NCBI RefSeq assembly: GCF_037013405.1
Contig: NZ_CP146064.1
Coordinates: 300,001-332,000 of the forward strand
DNA: 32,000 bases
Direction of reading: 5' to 3'
Source of the DNA: Candidatus Nanosynbacter sp. BB002
GTDB taxonomy: Bacteria; Patescibacteriota; Saccharimonadia; Saccharimonadales; Saccharimonadaceae
Under the pieces are notes generated by a model. It did no database searches, was not told the DNA's origin, and saw nothing but the letters and a program-made list of their open reading frames with translations. Numbering within the stretch: position 1 is the stretch's first letter; the number at the start of each line of letters is the position of its first letter. Below are positions 1-7,317 of this stretch, piece after piece. A program made the translations under genes and the position numbers.

Positions 1-149
1 AGTGTCAACCAGCGCCAACGACTCCTACTCCTCCAACAACTCCTGAATTGCCACGGACTGGTACTGAGAACATGGTTGTTTCAGTACTGGGACTCGGTGG
101 ATTGACTACGGCAGCTGTCGCCTACGTCATCAGTCGCCGCCGCTTGTAG
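1..149 (+). CDS. C-terminal fragment of an LPXTG-type cell-wall-anchored surface protein (5' end outside window)
   Basis: The frame starting at nt 3 reads ...QPAPTTPTPPTTPE-LPRTG-TENMVVSVLGLGGLTTAAVAYVIS-RRRL-stop (TAG 147-149). This gives a Pro/Thr linker, a sortase motif, a hydrophobic helix and a basic tail. Confidence 0.75.
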   Translation, partial: CQPAPTTPTPPTTPELPRTGTENMVVSVLGLGGLTTAAVAYVISRRRL

Positions 150-162
150 ATAGTTGACGATG

Positions 163-195
163 AAAAATACCCGCTTGATATCGAGCGGGTATTTT
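163..195. terminator. Bidirectional intrinsic terminator between the surface-protein gene and topA
   Basis: Perfect 9-bp stem atacccgct (167-175) / agcgggtat (184-192) with an 8-nt loop. It is flanked by A5 upstream and T4 downstream and lies between two convergent stop codons. Confidence 0.7.
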
Positions 196-201
196 GATTA
201 G

Positions 202-2547
202 TTAGCTTTTCTTGCGAGCTGTGGGCTTTTTGGTGGAAGTTTTTGACTTGGTTGCGGTGCGGCCGCGGCGAGATGTTTTTGCGGGAGCGGCTTTGAGAAG
301 TTCTAGTGCCTGCTCGTGAGTGATGGTTTTTGGGTCGGTGTCTTTGGGAATTTTAGCGTTTTTAATGCCGTCGGTGATGTACGGGCCAAAGCGGCCGTTT
401 AGGACTTTGACGCCGTCACCAAAGTCAGCGATATTCTTCTCGGCTTCGGCCTGGAGTTTGGCGGCATAGAGCTCGCGGGCTGTTTCTAGGGTGATGGTGT
501 GTGGGTCTTCAGGTTTGATGGAGACGAAGAGTTTGCCAACTTGGATGTATGGGCCAAAGCGGCCAATGTTGGCCTTGATGTCTTGCCCGTCTTCGGTTTG
601 GCCAACGACGCGCGGCAACTTGAACATTTCTAGTGCTTGTTCTAAAGTGACGGTTTCAATTTTTGCACCTTTTGGCAGTGGCGCAAAGCGCGGTTTGTCC
701 TCGTCGTCAGTGGCGCCCAGCTGTAACATTGGGCCAAAGCGGCCAAAGCGCGCCAGGATTGGTTTGCCGGATTTCGGATCAATGCCGACTTCGCGGTTAG
801 CGCCGACTTTACTGCGGTCGATGCCGCCTGATTGTTCAATCAGTTTGTGAAACGGCGTGTAAAATCCCTGCAGCATGGCGCTTTTAGCCAGGTTAGCGGC
901 GGCGATTTTATCAAATTCAGTTTCGACATTGGCGGTGAAATTATAGTCAACGATTTGCGTGAAATGGTCGGTCAAAAAGTCGGCAATTAGTTCCCCGCTT
1001 GGTGTTGGGATGAGCTTGCCGCGAGTGGAACCGGTTTTTTCCTGGACGACGTCGCGGCTGACTTCTTCGCCGTTGTAACTGAGGACGATGACGTCGCGCG
1101 GTTGGCCTTCGCTGTCGCCTTTTTCGACGTAGCCGCGGGTTTGCACGGTGTCGATGATGGTGGCATAGGTGCTTGGTCGGCCAATGCCGAGGTCCTCGAG
1201 CTTCTTGACCAGTGAACCTTCGGTGTAGCGGGCTGGTGGTCGGGCGAAGGTTTGGCGGGCGGTGATGTCGTGGGTTTTAAGTGTGTCGCCGGTGTGGAGC
1301 TTTGGCAAGATTTCGTCTTTGCCGCCACCATAGACACGCAAGAAGCCGTCAAAGGTGATGACTTCGCCTTTGGCTTCAAAATGTAACTTGTCGTTTCCTT
1401 GGATATCTATGGAAATTGTCGTCTTCTCTAATTTGGCTGCCGACATTTGGGATGCCAGGGTGCGGCGGCGAATGAGGTCGTAGAGTTTTTGGTCGTACTC
1501 GTTGGAGGTGACGGTTTCGCGGGTGATATCGGTCGGGCGGATGGCTTCGTGGGCTTCTTGGGCGGAGGCGGATTTGGTCTTGAATTTGCGCACAGTGGAG
1601 TAATCCGGGCCGTACAGCCGCTTGATAAAGTCAGTCGCACTGGCGATGGCCTGCCCGCTCAAATTGACCGAGTCAGTACGCATGTAGGTTATCTTACCGT
1701 CTTGGTAGAGCCGCTGGGCTGAGGCCATGGTAGCTTTGGAACTGAAGCCGAGCTTGGCGTTAGCTTCCTGCTGCAAGGTTGACGTCGTAAACGGCGCGGC
1801 TGGGTTGCGCGTGCCAGGCGTTTTCGAGATATCGCTGACGGTGAATGTGGCTGGCTTGAGGCTGTTCAAGAATTCGTGAGCGGCTGCTTCAGAGTCAAAT
1901 TTTTGGTTGAGCTCGGCTTTGAATTCTTGATTGTCGTGGATGAATATGGCGGTCACCTTGAACTGTGAGCTGCCTGCAAATTTCATAATTTCTCGTTCGC
2001 GTTCGACCAGCAGCCGCACTGCCGGGCTCTGAACGCGGCCAGCCGATTTGCCGCCTGGCACTTTTTGCCAGACCACTGGGCTGAGCTCAAAGCCGACCAG
2101 CCGGTCGAGGATTTGCCGGGCTTGCTGTGCCTGCACCAGGTTCATGTCGACGGTGCGCGGGTTCTTGATAGCATTGGTGATTGCATCCTTGGTGATCTCG
2201 TGAAAAACGATGCGCTTGGTCGTCTCAACTGGCAAATCCAACACTTTACAGAGGTGCCAGGCGATAGCCTCCCCCTCGCGGTCTTCATCGGTGGCCAGCC
2301 AGACATTGTCTTTGCCGACGGTTTTGACATTTTTCTTCAGCTCAGTGATGACTTTCTTTTTCTCGGGATCAACTTCGTAGACGGCAAAAAAATCATTCGC
2401 CACATCAATCGGTGGTGTACCGTCCTTGGTTTTTTTGACAATTGAGCGAATATGTCCCACGCTTGATAAAACATGAAAATCCTTGCCCAAATATTTCTCA
2501 ATGGTTTTGGCTTTAGCTGGTGACTCGACGATGACGAGATTTTTCAT
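202..2547 (-). CDS. topA: DNA topoisomerase I
   Basis: 781-aa ORF with Toprim N-terminus MKNLVIVESPAKAKTIEKYLG, the DEDREGE motif and catalytic-Tyr region GKITYMRTDS. The C-terminus has three GRFGP(Y/M)-type repeats and a Lys-rich tail, with no Cys4 ribbons. Confidence 0.95.
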   Translation of the reverse strand: MKNLVIVESPAKAKTIEKYLGKDFHVLSSVGHIRSIVKKTKDGTPPIDVANDFFAVYEVDPEKKKVITELKKNVKTVGKDNVWLATDEDREGEAIAWHLCKVLDLPVETTKRIVFHEITKDAITNAIKNPRTVDMNLVQAQQARQILDRLVGFELSPVVWQKVPGGKSAGRVQSPAVRLLVEREREIMKFAGSSQFKVTAIFIHDNQEFKAELNQKFDSEAAAHEFLNSLKPATFTVSDISKTPGTRNPAAPFTTSTLQQEANAKLGFSSKATMASAQRLYQDGKITYMRTDSVNLSGQAIASATDFIKRLYGPDYSTVRKFKTKSASAQEAHEAIRPTDITRETVTSNEYDQKLYDLIRRRTLASQMSAAKLEKTTISIDIQGNDKLHFEAKGEVITFDGFLRVYGGGKDEILPKLHTGDTLKTHDITARQTFARPPARYTEGSLVKKLEDLGIGRPSTYATIIDTVQTRGYVEKGDSEGQPRDVIVLSYNGEEVSRDVVQEKTGSTRGKLIPTPSGELIADFLTDHFTQIVDYNFTANVETEFDKIAAANLAKSAMLQGFYTPFHKLIEQSGGIDRSKVGANREVGIDPKSGKPILARFGRFGPMLQLGATDDEDKPRFAPLPKGAKIETVTLEQALEMFKLPRVVGQTEDGQDIKANIGRFGPYIQVGKLFVSIKPEDPHTITLETARELYAAKLQAEAEKNIADFGDGVKVLNGRFGPYITDGIKNAKIPKDTDPKTITHEQALELLKAAPAKTSRRGRTATKSKTSTKKPTARKKS

Positions 2548-2555
2548 AGCTTTAT

Positions 2556-2564
2556 ATTATACCA
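2556..2564 (-). promoter_or_regulatory. Extended -10 promoter of topA (TGgTATAAT), 8 nt upstream of the ATG
   Basis: The minus strand reads tggtataat-ataaagct-ATG. There is no Shine-Dalgarno sequence in between. Confidence 0.5.
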
Positions 2565-2614
2565 TATCGGACGACCCATCAAATAATGGCCGTTTGAGCG
2601 TGGCGGTTTCTGCG

Positions 2615-3256
2615 CTATTTCTGGTTACTGTCCATCAGATCGCGGGCGCGCTTAACGTATTGTCCAGCCGCTACTCCTGCCACAGGAAGATAGCCTGCAA
2701 AGCTCAGTGTACCTAGCCCCTTCAGTGCCTTGGCGGTTTTCTGATAACCCAAGGACTCTGCTGACTTGCCGATGATGAGTAATGTCGTGGTTGCTGCGAG
2801 CAGTGCGCTGCTGACTCGTCCTGCTTGAGTTGGGCGAAGTGGCTCGCGTTCATCAGGGAGTTGCTTGTGTTTGTATTCGGCAACAGCGGTAGCAATGGCT
2901 TTTGTTGATTCTAGGCCAGCAATTGTCGCCACCATGGCTTTTGATGTGGGGTCCTCTTGTGATAACTTCAGTAGTGCTGCTGCTCCAACGATTTTATCCC
3001 TGATGGGGTCTAGCTTGATGCCTAATTTTGACTGTTGGTTAAGGGCCCTCGCCAGTGAACCATCGACTTTGTCTGACAACTCACCAGCAACTAGTGCTGC
3101 CATGCCCTTGAGGGAGTCGGCATGCTTGATACCGTATAGGCTGAGCATCGCACCTGCTACCGTCACACCGTTCGGTAGTGTTACTATGTCGTCTGAGACA
3201 GGTTGTTCTTCTGGGGACTTGGTGGGACGAAACTGTGGTTGATGTTCTGCATTCAT
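2615..3256 (-). CDS. CDP-alcohol phosphatidyltransferase family protein (PgsA-like)
   Basis: SDKVDGSLARALNQQSKLGIKLDPIRDK matches the signature D-x2-DG-x2-AR-x8-G-x3-D-x3-D exactly. I set the start at ATG 3256 (MNAEH...) because TGgTATGAT (3264-3272) lies 7 nt upstream. The longest ORF (TTG 3292) would begin upstream of that -10 box. Confidence 0.75.
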   Translation of the reverse strand: MNAEHQPQFRPTKSPEEQPVSDDIVTLPNGVTVAGAMLSLYGIKHADSLKGMAALVAGELSDKVDGSLARALNQQSKLGIKLDPIRDKIVGAAALLKLSQEDPTSKAMVATIAGLESTKAIATAVAEYKHKQLPDEREPLRPTQAGRVSSALLAATTTLLIIGKSAESLGYQKTAKALKGLGTLSFAGYLPVAGVAAGQYVKRARDLMDSNQK

Positions 3257-3301
3257 TGACAATATCATACCACTATGGTGAAGTATATTCAAGCATAGGC
3301 G

Positions 3302-4174
3302 TTATCGTAGCGTCCAGTTGTTTGCCCCGAGTGGCTTGATCACGCCATTAATCTCCAACATGGTGAGTGCGGTGGCAAAATCAGCTGCTGATAGCCCCGA
3401 CTGTTTCTGTAGCTCATCGCCGTTGCGTACACCATGTTTGATGAGCTTGGCGATGGTAATTTCGTCTGGTGTAGAACCAATCGGTAATGCGCATTGGGTG
3501 GGTTGGGTTGATTTCCAAGTTGGGGCAATGGCGTTCAATACGTCTTTGGCTGAGAGCGCTGGATTGGCGCCCTGAAGTAGTAGGTTATTACATCCTGCAG
3601 ATAACGGGCTGGTGATATTGCCAGGAACGACAAACACGTCGCGCCCTTGCTCCAGAGCGTATGCGGCGGTATTGAGTGTGCCGCTGCGTTCGGCAGCTTC
3701 AGTGATGATGATGGCATCCGCCAGACCGCTGACCAGACGATTTCTTTGCAAAAAGCTCCATTTGCGTATTTTCATGCCGTCGCCACGCATCCATTCTGAC
3801 AGGACTGCTCCGCCCTGTTTGATGATGTTTTCTGCTAACCCTCGGTTGCTGCGCGGCGCAATGTCTGGGAGTTCTGAGGTGACGACGCCAATGACCGTGC
3901 CGCCAGCGTTGAGGGCTGCGGTTTGGGCGATGCTGTCAACGCCAAGTGCCAGTCCGCTGATGATGACCACCCCGGCTTGCGCCAGGTCTGTCGCTAGCCG
4001 TTCGGTAACCTCGCGTCCATAGCTACTTGGCTTGCGTGTACCGACGATTGCGACTCGAGGAGCCTGGCTGTTTGGGAGTTTTCCCATAAAACATAACCTT
4101 TTTGGCGGCTTGGCAATATTGACCAACCTCTTGGTGAAAATATGCTCCTCTGGTAGTACTGTATTGATTTCCAT
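3302..4174 (-). CDS. dprA: DNA-processing protein DprA/Smf
   Basis: DprA Rossmann-like core VAIVGTRKPSSYGREVTERLATDLAQAGVVIISGLALGVDSIAQTAAL. ATG 4174 is preferred because the minus strand has TTGACA(4204-4209)-N17-GCAATA(4181-4186)-N6-ATG. GTG 4201 is the longer alternative. Confidence 0.85.
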   Translation of the reverse strand: MEINTVLPEEHIFTKRLVNIAKPPKRLCFMGKLPNSQAPRVAIVGTRKPSSYGREVTERLATDLAQAGVVIISGLALGVDSIAQTAALNAGGTVIGVVTSELPDIAPRSNRGLAENIIKQGGAVLSEWMRGDGMKIRKWSFLQRNRLVSGLADAIIITEAAERSGTLNTAAYALEQGRDVFVVPGNITSPLSAGCNNLLLQGANPALSAKDVLNAIAPTWKSTQPTQCALPIGSTPDEITIAKLIKHGVRNGDELQKQSGLSAADFATALTMLEINGVIKPLGANNWTLR

Positions 4175-4194
4175 GACTTTTATTGCAAAAAGTA

Positions 4195-4223
4195 TTGACA
4201 CTATGTCAAATCTTTGCTATAAT
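4195..4223 (+). promoter_or_regulatory. Perfect sigma70-type consensus promoter TTGACA-N17-TATAAT facing the ORF-free region
   Basis: ttgaca at 4195-4200, a 17-nt spacer, and tataat at 4218-4223. The predicted transcription start is about 4229-4231. Confidence 0.6.
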
Positions 4224-4229
4224 GATACA

Positions 4230-4546
4230 CGATTGGTTGATCAGCGAGTTCAACCAAATGCACCTTATACCCCCTATTCTAACTATATGTTAGGTTGCGC
4301 GCAATGGCATTAAGTATCTTACCCTCCACTTTTTGCGTTAAACGTTACGCGCATACTAACCCCTTTAACTGCCCTTTTGATTAAGGCGACCTCTGTTTCA
4401 TGGTGAGTACGCACTGTATTGACGATTCGTCAGGCGCCGGTCTTTTGGAGTTTTGACCGCAGACGCTTTGCCATGACATGGAAGCTCGGGTGGGTTGAAG
4501 GGTAACAAAGCGCCAGGTGATGCCCACCCTTACCTGGCGCTTTTTT
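4230..4546 (+). ncRNA. Candidate structured non-coding RNA of unknown class
   Basis: About 320 nt between a consensus promoter and a strong terminator, with no ORF above ~26 codons and no SD-led ORF. There is a 5' hairpin at 4233-4257 and several C-rich motifs (accccc 4269-4274, accctcc 4321-4327, cccc 4360-4363, ccc 4372-4374). I could not find tmRNA, RNase P or SRP signature motifs. Confidence 0.4.
4507..4546. terminator. Strong intrinsic terminator, serving the Fur-family gene on the minus strand and the candidate ncRNA on the plus strand
   Basis: Stem gcgccaggt (4510-4518) / acctggcgc (4532-4540) with a 13-nt loop. T6 follows on the plus strand (4541-4546); on the minus strand the hairpin is followed by tttgtt. 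Confidence 0.75.
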
Positions 4547-4556
4547 AGTTGGGAAA

Positions 4557-4976
4557 TTATTTTCTATGCTGTTTAGCTTGCTGGCAATTCTTACAAATCC
4601 CTTCCAGCTCAAAGTGGTGCTTGACAACGGTAAATTGGTGTTTGCGGCTGAGATAGCCAACAAGCTGTTCCAATTCTGGCGTCTGGATGGGTTCAGCGTT
4701 TTGGCAACGGATGCAATAGAGATGGTGATGATGCGGAATGAACGGCTCAGCGAGTTCGTAGTAGTTTTTCCAGCCAATGGCAACGGCACTAACGATGTGC
4801 AGTTGATCAAAGGTAACAAGTGTGCGGTAGACGCTGGCTCGGTCAACGTTTTTGCACTTCTTTGCAATATCACTAATGGTTAGTGGAACAGCTGACTGCT
4901 GTAATACCTCAAATACTTGCTGGCGCGGTTTAGTCAGACGCAAGTTGTGCTGTTTGAGCAATTCGTCTATCGTCAT
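4557..4976 (-). CDS. Fur-family metalloregulator, probably a zinc uptake regulator (Zur)
   Basis: 139 aa with an N-terminal winged-helix region (LRLTKPRQQVFEVL), then HHHHLYCIRC ... CKNC, a His cluster plus two CxxC pairs typical of Fur/Zur. It is divergent from a nicotianamine-synthase/COG0523 operon. TGaTATAAT (4986-4994) lies 9 nt from the ATG. Confidence 0.85.
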   Translation of the reverse strand: MTIDELLKQHNLRLTKPRQQVFEVLQQSAVPLTISDIAKKCKNVDRASVYRTLVTFDQLHIVSAVAIGWKNYYELAEPFIPHHHHLYCIRCQNAEPIQTPELEQLVGYLSRKHQFTVVKHHFELEGICKNCQQAKQHRK

Positions 4977-4982
4977 ATTGTT

Positions 4983-5018
4983 GCAATTATATCACTTATT
5001 GCGACAAATTTGCAATAA
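4983..5018. promoter_or_regulatory. Candidate Fur/Zur operator overlapping both divergent -10 boxes
   Basis: Three half-sites GCAAT (4983-4987), ATTGC (4998-5002) and GCAAT (5012-5016) form two inverted repeats, including TTATTGC-N9-GCAATAA (4996-5018). The outer sites overlap the fur-side -10 (4986-4991) and the plus-strand TGcAATAAT (5011-5019). Confidence 0.35.
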
Positions 5019-5046
5019 TTTGGAGGGTTTGGCATTATGAAAAGCT

Positions 5047-5814
5047 ATGGATATGGCAATTAAAACAGTGATGAATTTGCACGATTTTGTACCATCACCA
5101 GACGTCAATGCGGCTTTTTCTAGCTTGGTGGCGTCGGTTGTGCAGGCGACAGCGTTACCGACCTGGTGCAATGATGAAGTGTGCCGCGAGGTGCAACGCC
5201 GTTGTTCCCTATCAGAATCAGAGATGGAAATGTATTGGTCGCGGCGAATTACCGGCTCAGCTCGTCCGCAGCAGGAGCTGGAAACGTTTTGGTATATTGA
5301 CAATTATCGCGAGTTGGTGCGACGTGAGATTGGCCTAATGGGTGGCTCGGGTTTGATGTTGAGTAATAGTAGTCGCGTGGCGATGATCGGCAGCGGTCCC
5401 CTGCCTTTGACCGCTTGGTGTCTGTGGCATCAGACAGGCGCGGCGGTTGATTTGGTGGATGTGGCGCCGGTTGCTTTGACGCAGTCGCGCGAGCTGGCAC
5501 GGGCGATTGCTTGGCCAGTTGGCGAGTGTTTGTTGGCGGACGGAGCGGCGGTAGCTTTGCCGGATAGTGCTTACGACGTGATGTATGTGGCTGGACTGGC
5601 GGGCGATTCGGTTGAAGCCAAGCAGCAAATTATTGATAATATTTTGCCAGCGCTTCGGCCTGGCGGGCGGATCATTGTGCGCGGCGCCCATGGCGCGAAA
5701 ACGTTGTTATACCCAGCGTTTGACCCGAATAGTTTGCGGCGCGTACAGCTGCTGGTCGAGTATAACCCTGACGACGATATCATTAACTCAGTATATGTGT
5801 ACAAGAAAGGCTAA
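5047..5814 (+). CDS. Nicotianamine synthase family protein (CntL/NAS-like)
   Basis: Matches NAS-family blocks as I recall them: FWYIDNYRELVRRE, VAMIGSGPLPLTAW, YDVMYVAGLAG, LRPGGRIIVRGAHGAKTLLYPAFDP and INSVYVYKK. Confidence 0.85.
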   Translation: MDMAIKTVMNLHDFVPSPDVNAAFSSLVASVVQATALPTWCNDEVCREVQRRCSLSESEMEMYWSRRITGSARPQQELETFWYIDNYRELVRREIGLMGGSGLMLSNSSRVAMIGSGPLPLTAWCLWHQTGAAVDLVDVAPVALTQSRELARAIAWPVGECLLADGAAVALPDSAYDVMYVAGLAGDSVEAKQQIIDNILPALRPGGRIIVRGAHGAKTLLYPAFDPNSLRRVQLLVEYNPDDDIINSVYVYKKG

Positions 5815-5816
5815 TT

Positions 5817-6716
5817 ATGAACGATACAATTGCATTATATCTGGTGAACGGCGCGCTGGGTGCTGGCAAAACGACGCTGGTTGATTTTTTAGTGCAACAG
5901 CCTGAGTTTGCTGGCGCGCGAGTGGTTGAAAATGAGTTTGCGTCGGAAAGTATTGACAGTTGCACATTAGCACAGCGCGTTGATGAGCTGGCGACAATTG
6001 CTGGCGAGTGCATCTGCTGCAGTAGCGGCGAAGAGCTGATTGATATTTTGCACAATTTTGCAATAAGCGGAAAAGCACCGGTTATCATTGAGTCAACTGG
6101 CGTCGCTAACACTCTGCGGGTGGTCGAGAAATTGCTGGCTGGTGATATCTTTGAGCAGTATGATTTGAAACAGTCGTTGTATGTTGTGGATGGAGCTGAA
6201 GCTAGAGCTGATGGTTTGGCGGAGGCGTTGCTGGCGGAAGCTCAGGCAGCGGATACGGTACTAATCAGTAAGCTGGATTTGCTGGCTGAAAATGACCGTC
6301 AGCAGCTCATTGAGACACTGTCGCAACAAGGGCTGACTAATGTTATGAGGATGGATCACGGCAAATTTGATCTGGTCCAGCTTGGTGACAAGTCGCAGAT
6401 TTTGGATTATTTACTACTGCACGAGCCTGCGGAAAACGCGGCTGAGAATGCTTTAAATTATAGCGTGGTTGATGTGGCTGAGTTGGCTATTAGCGCTGAG
6501 AAGATTGAGAATATCTGGGCTAGTTTGCGAGATAAATATGCTTTGCGGCGCATGAAAGGCGCGGTTGCTGATGGTGACGAGATATTTCACATCGAAGCAA
6601 CGCCGCAGCAAGTACTGGTTACGCGCGGTGCCACTGGCGAGTCATTAAAATTAGTTATCATTGGCGAGCGGGCGCGTGAGATTACTCGCGCAGTAATTAT
6701 GAAGGAGTTGGGATGA
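5817..6716 (+). CDS. COG0523/CobW-family G3E GTPase (zinc metallochaperone-like), copy 1
   Basis: P-loop GALGAGKTT, metal-binding CxCC (GECICCSS), ESTG switch, SKLD base-specificity motif and a CobW_C-like C-terminal domain. It starts 2 nt after the NAS-like stop codon. Confidence 0.85.
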   Translation: MNDTIALYLVNGALGAGKTTLVDFLVQQPEFAGARVVENEFASESIDSCTLAQRVDELATIAGECICCSSGEELIDILHNFAISGKAPVIIESTGVANTLRVVEKLLAGDIFEQYDLKQSLYVVDGAEARADGLAEALLAEAQAADTVLISKLDLLAENDRQQLIETLSQQGLTNVMRMDHGKFDLVQLGDKSQILDYLLLHEPAENAAENALNYSVVDVAELAISAEKIENIWASLRDKYALRRMKGAVADGDEIFHIEATPQQVLVTRGATGESLKLVIIGERAREITRAVIMKELG

Positions 6717-7258
6717 TGGAAGGTACGAATAATGCGAGAGCGGCGGTTGATAGACTACTTGATATGTATGATGAGTATAAGACTTTGACAGTAAAGATTA
6801 CTGCTGCGGAGCGCCGTTTGGCGTTGGCGAAATTGAAGAATAGCGACGTCGAACAGATACGAATAGAGTTGGACGATCTGCGACATGAGCAGCAGCAACT
6901 GTCTGATGACATGACGTTTGATACGCCACTAGTTTGGGTGATGTACAAGTTTGAGGCCTACCAGGACGAGGCGCAGCCGATTCGAACCATGCACGATTTT
7001 CGCTTACACTGCTCGAAGCCCGGCTATATTTGCACCAAGCGCTTCACATTTTTAAATGCACACTTGTGCAATAATGGGCAATGTCTCCTGACGGACGACG
7101 AACGATACCCCGACAAAATGCTACTTAGTGAGATTTTTCCGCTCCTTGGTGAAATTGAACGAGATGAAGTTTTCGTATCCATTTGGCGTGCGCATGAGTA
7201 CTACCAGGAGGATGGAATTGTCAAAAAATGGCAGGACTATGTGGGCTGTGCGGCATAA
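6713..7258 (+). CDS. Hypothetical protein with a predicted coiled-coil N-terminus and a Cys/His-containing C-terminal half
   Basis: 181-aa ORF whose ATG overlaps the COG0523 stop (ATGA). It contains HCSKPGYIC ... HLCNNGQC. I recognise no family. Confidence 0.6.
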   Translation: MMEGTNNARAAVDRLLDMYDEYKTLTVKITAAERRLALAKLKNSDVEQIRIELDDLRHEQQQLSDDMTFDTPLVWVMYKFEAYQDEAQPIRTMHDFRLHCSKPGYICTKRFTFLNAHLCNNGQCLLTDDERYPDKMLLSEIFPLLGEIERDEVFVSIWRAHEYYQEDGIVKKWQDYVGCAA

Positions 7259-7317
7259 CTTATAACCTGCCAACTAAGTACAGATGATTCTATGTAGATA
7301 TGCTATACTAAAGCAAT

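Noticed and set aside
491-2445. Numerous 60-140-aa ORFs inside or antisense to topA. Similar nested ORFs occur throughout the track, for example 3318-4022, 11247-12176, 15427-16086 and 22613-23167.
   Set aside because: Each lies wholly within a longer ORF that has unmistakable family signatures. They have no promoter or SD of their own. Their compositions, rich in Ser, Arg, Pro or Ala, are typical of shadow frames.
4230-4546. Identification of the ORF-free transcript as tmRNA, RNase P RNA, SRP RNA or a known riboswitch.
   Set aside because: I could not find a tRNA-like T-arm (GGTTCGA-type) with a tag ORF ending in ALAA, the GGAAAGTCC CR-I motif, the SRP domain IV GGAA/AGCA loops, or cores such as CTGAGA (TPP) or GCCACTG (B12). 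There is no downstream same-strand gene before the terminator. The class is left open rather than assigned.
4978-4989. The 12-mer ttgttgcaatta is shared between the fur/NAS control region (4978-4989) and the TerC/pth gap (8405-8416). TTGCAA hexamers also recur at 28089-28120, which suggested a common operator.
   Set aside because: Some 12-mer coincidences are expected by chance in 32 kb. The 8405 copy is part of a terminator-like hairpin downstream of both flanking genes. TTGCAA is a palindromic hexamer that resembles a -35 element and overlaps promoter elements. There is not enough evidence for a shared regulator site.
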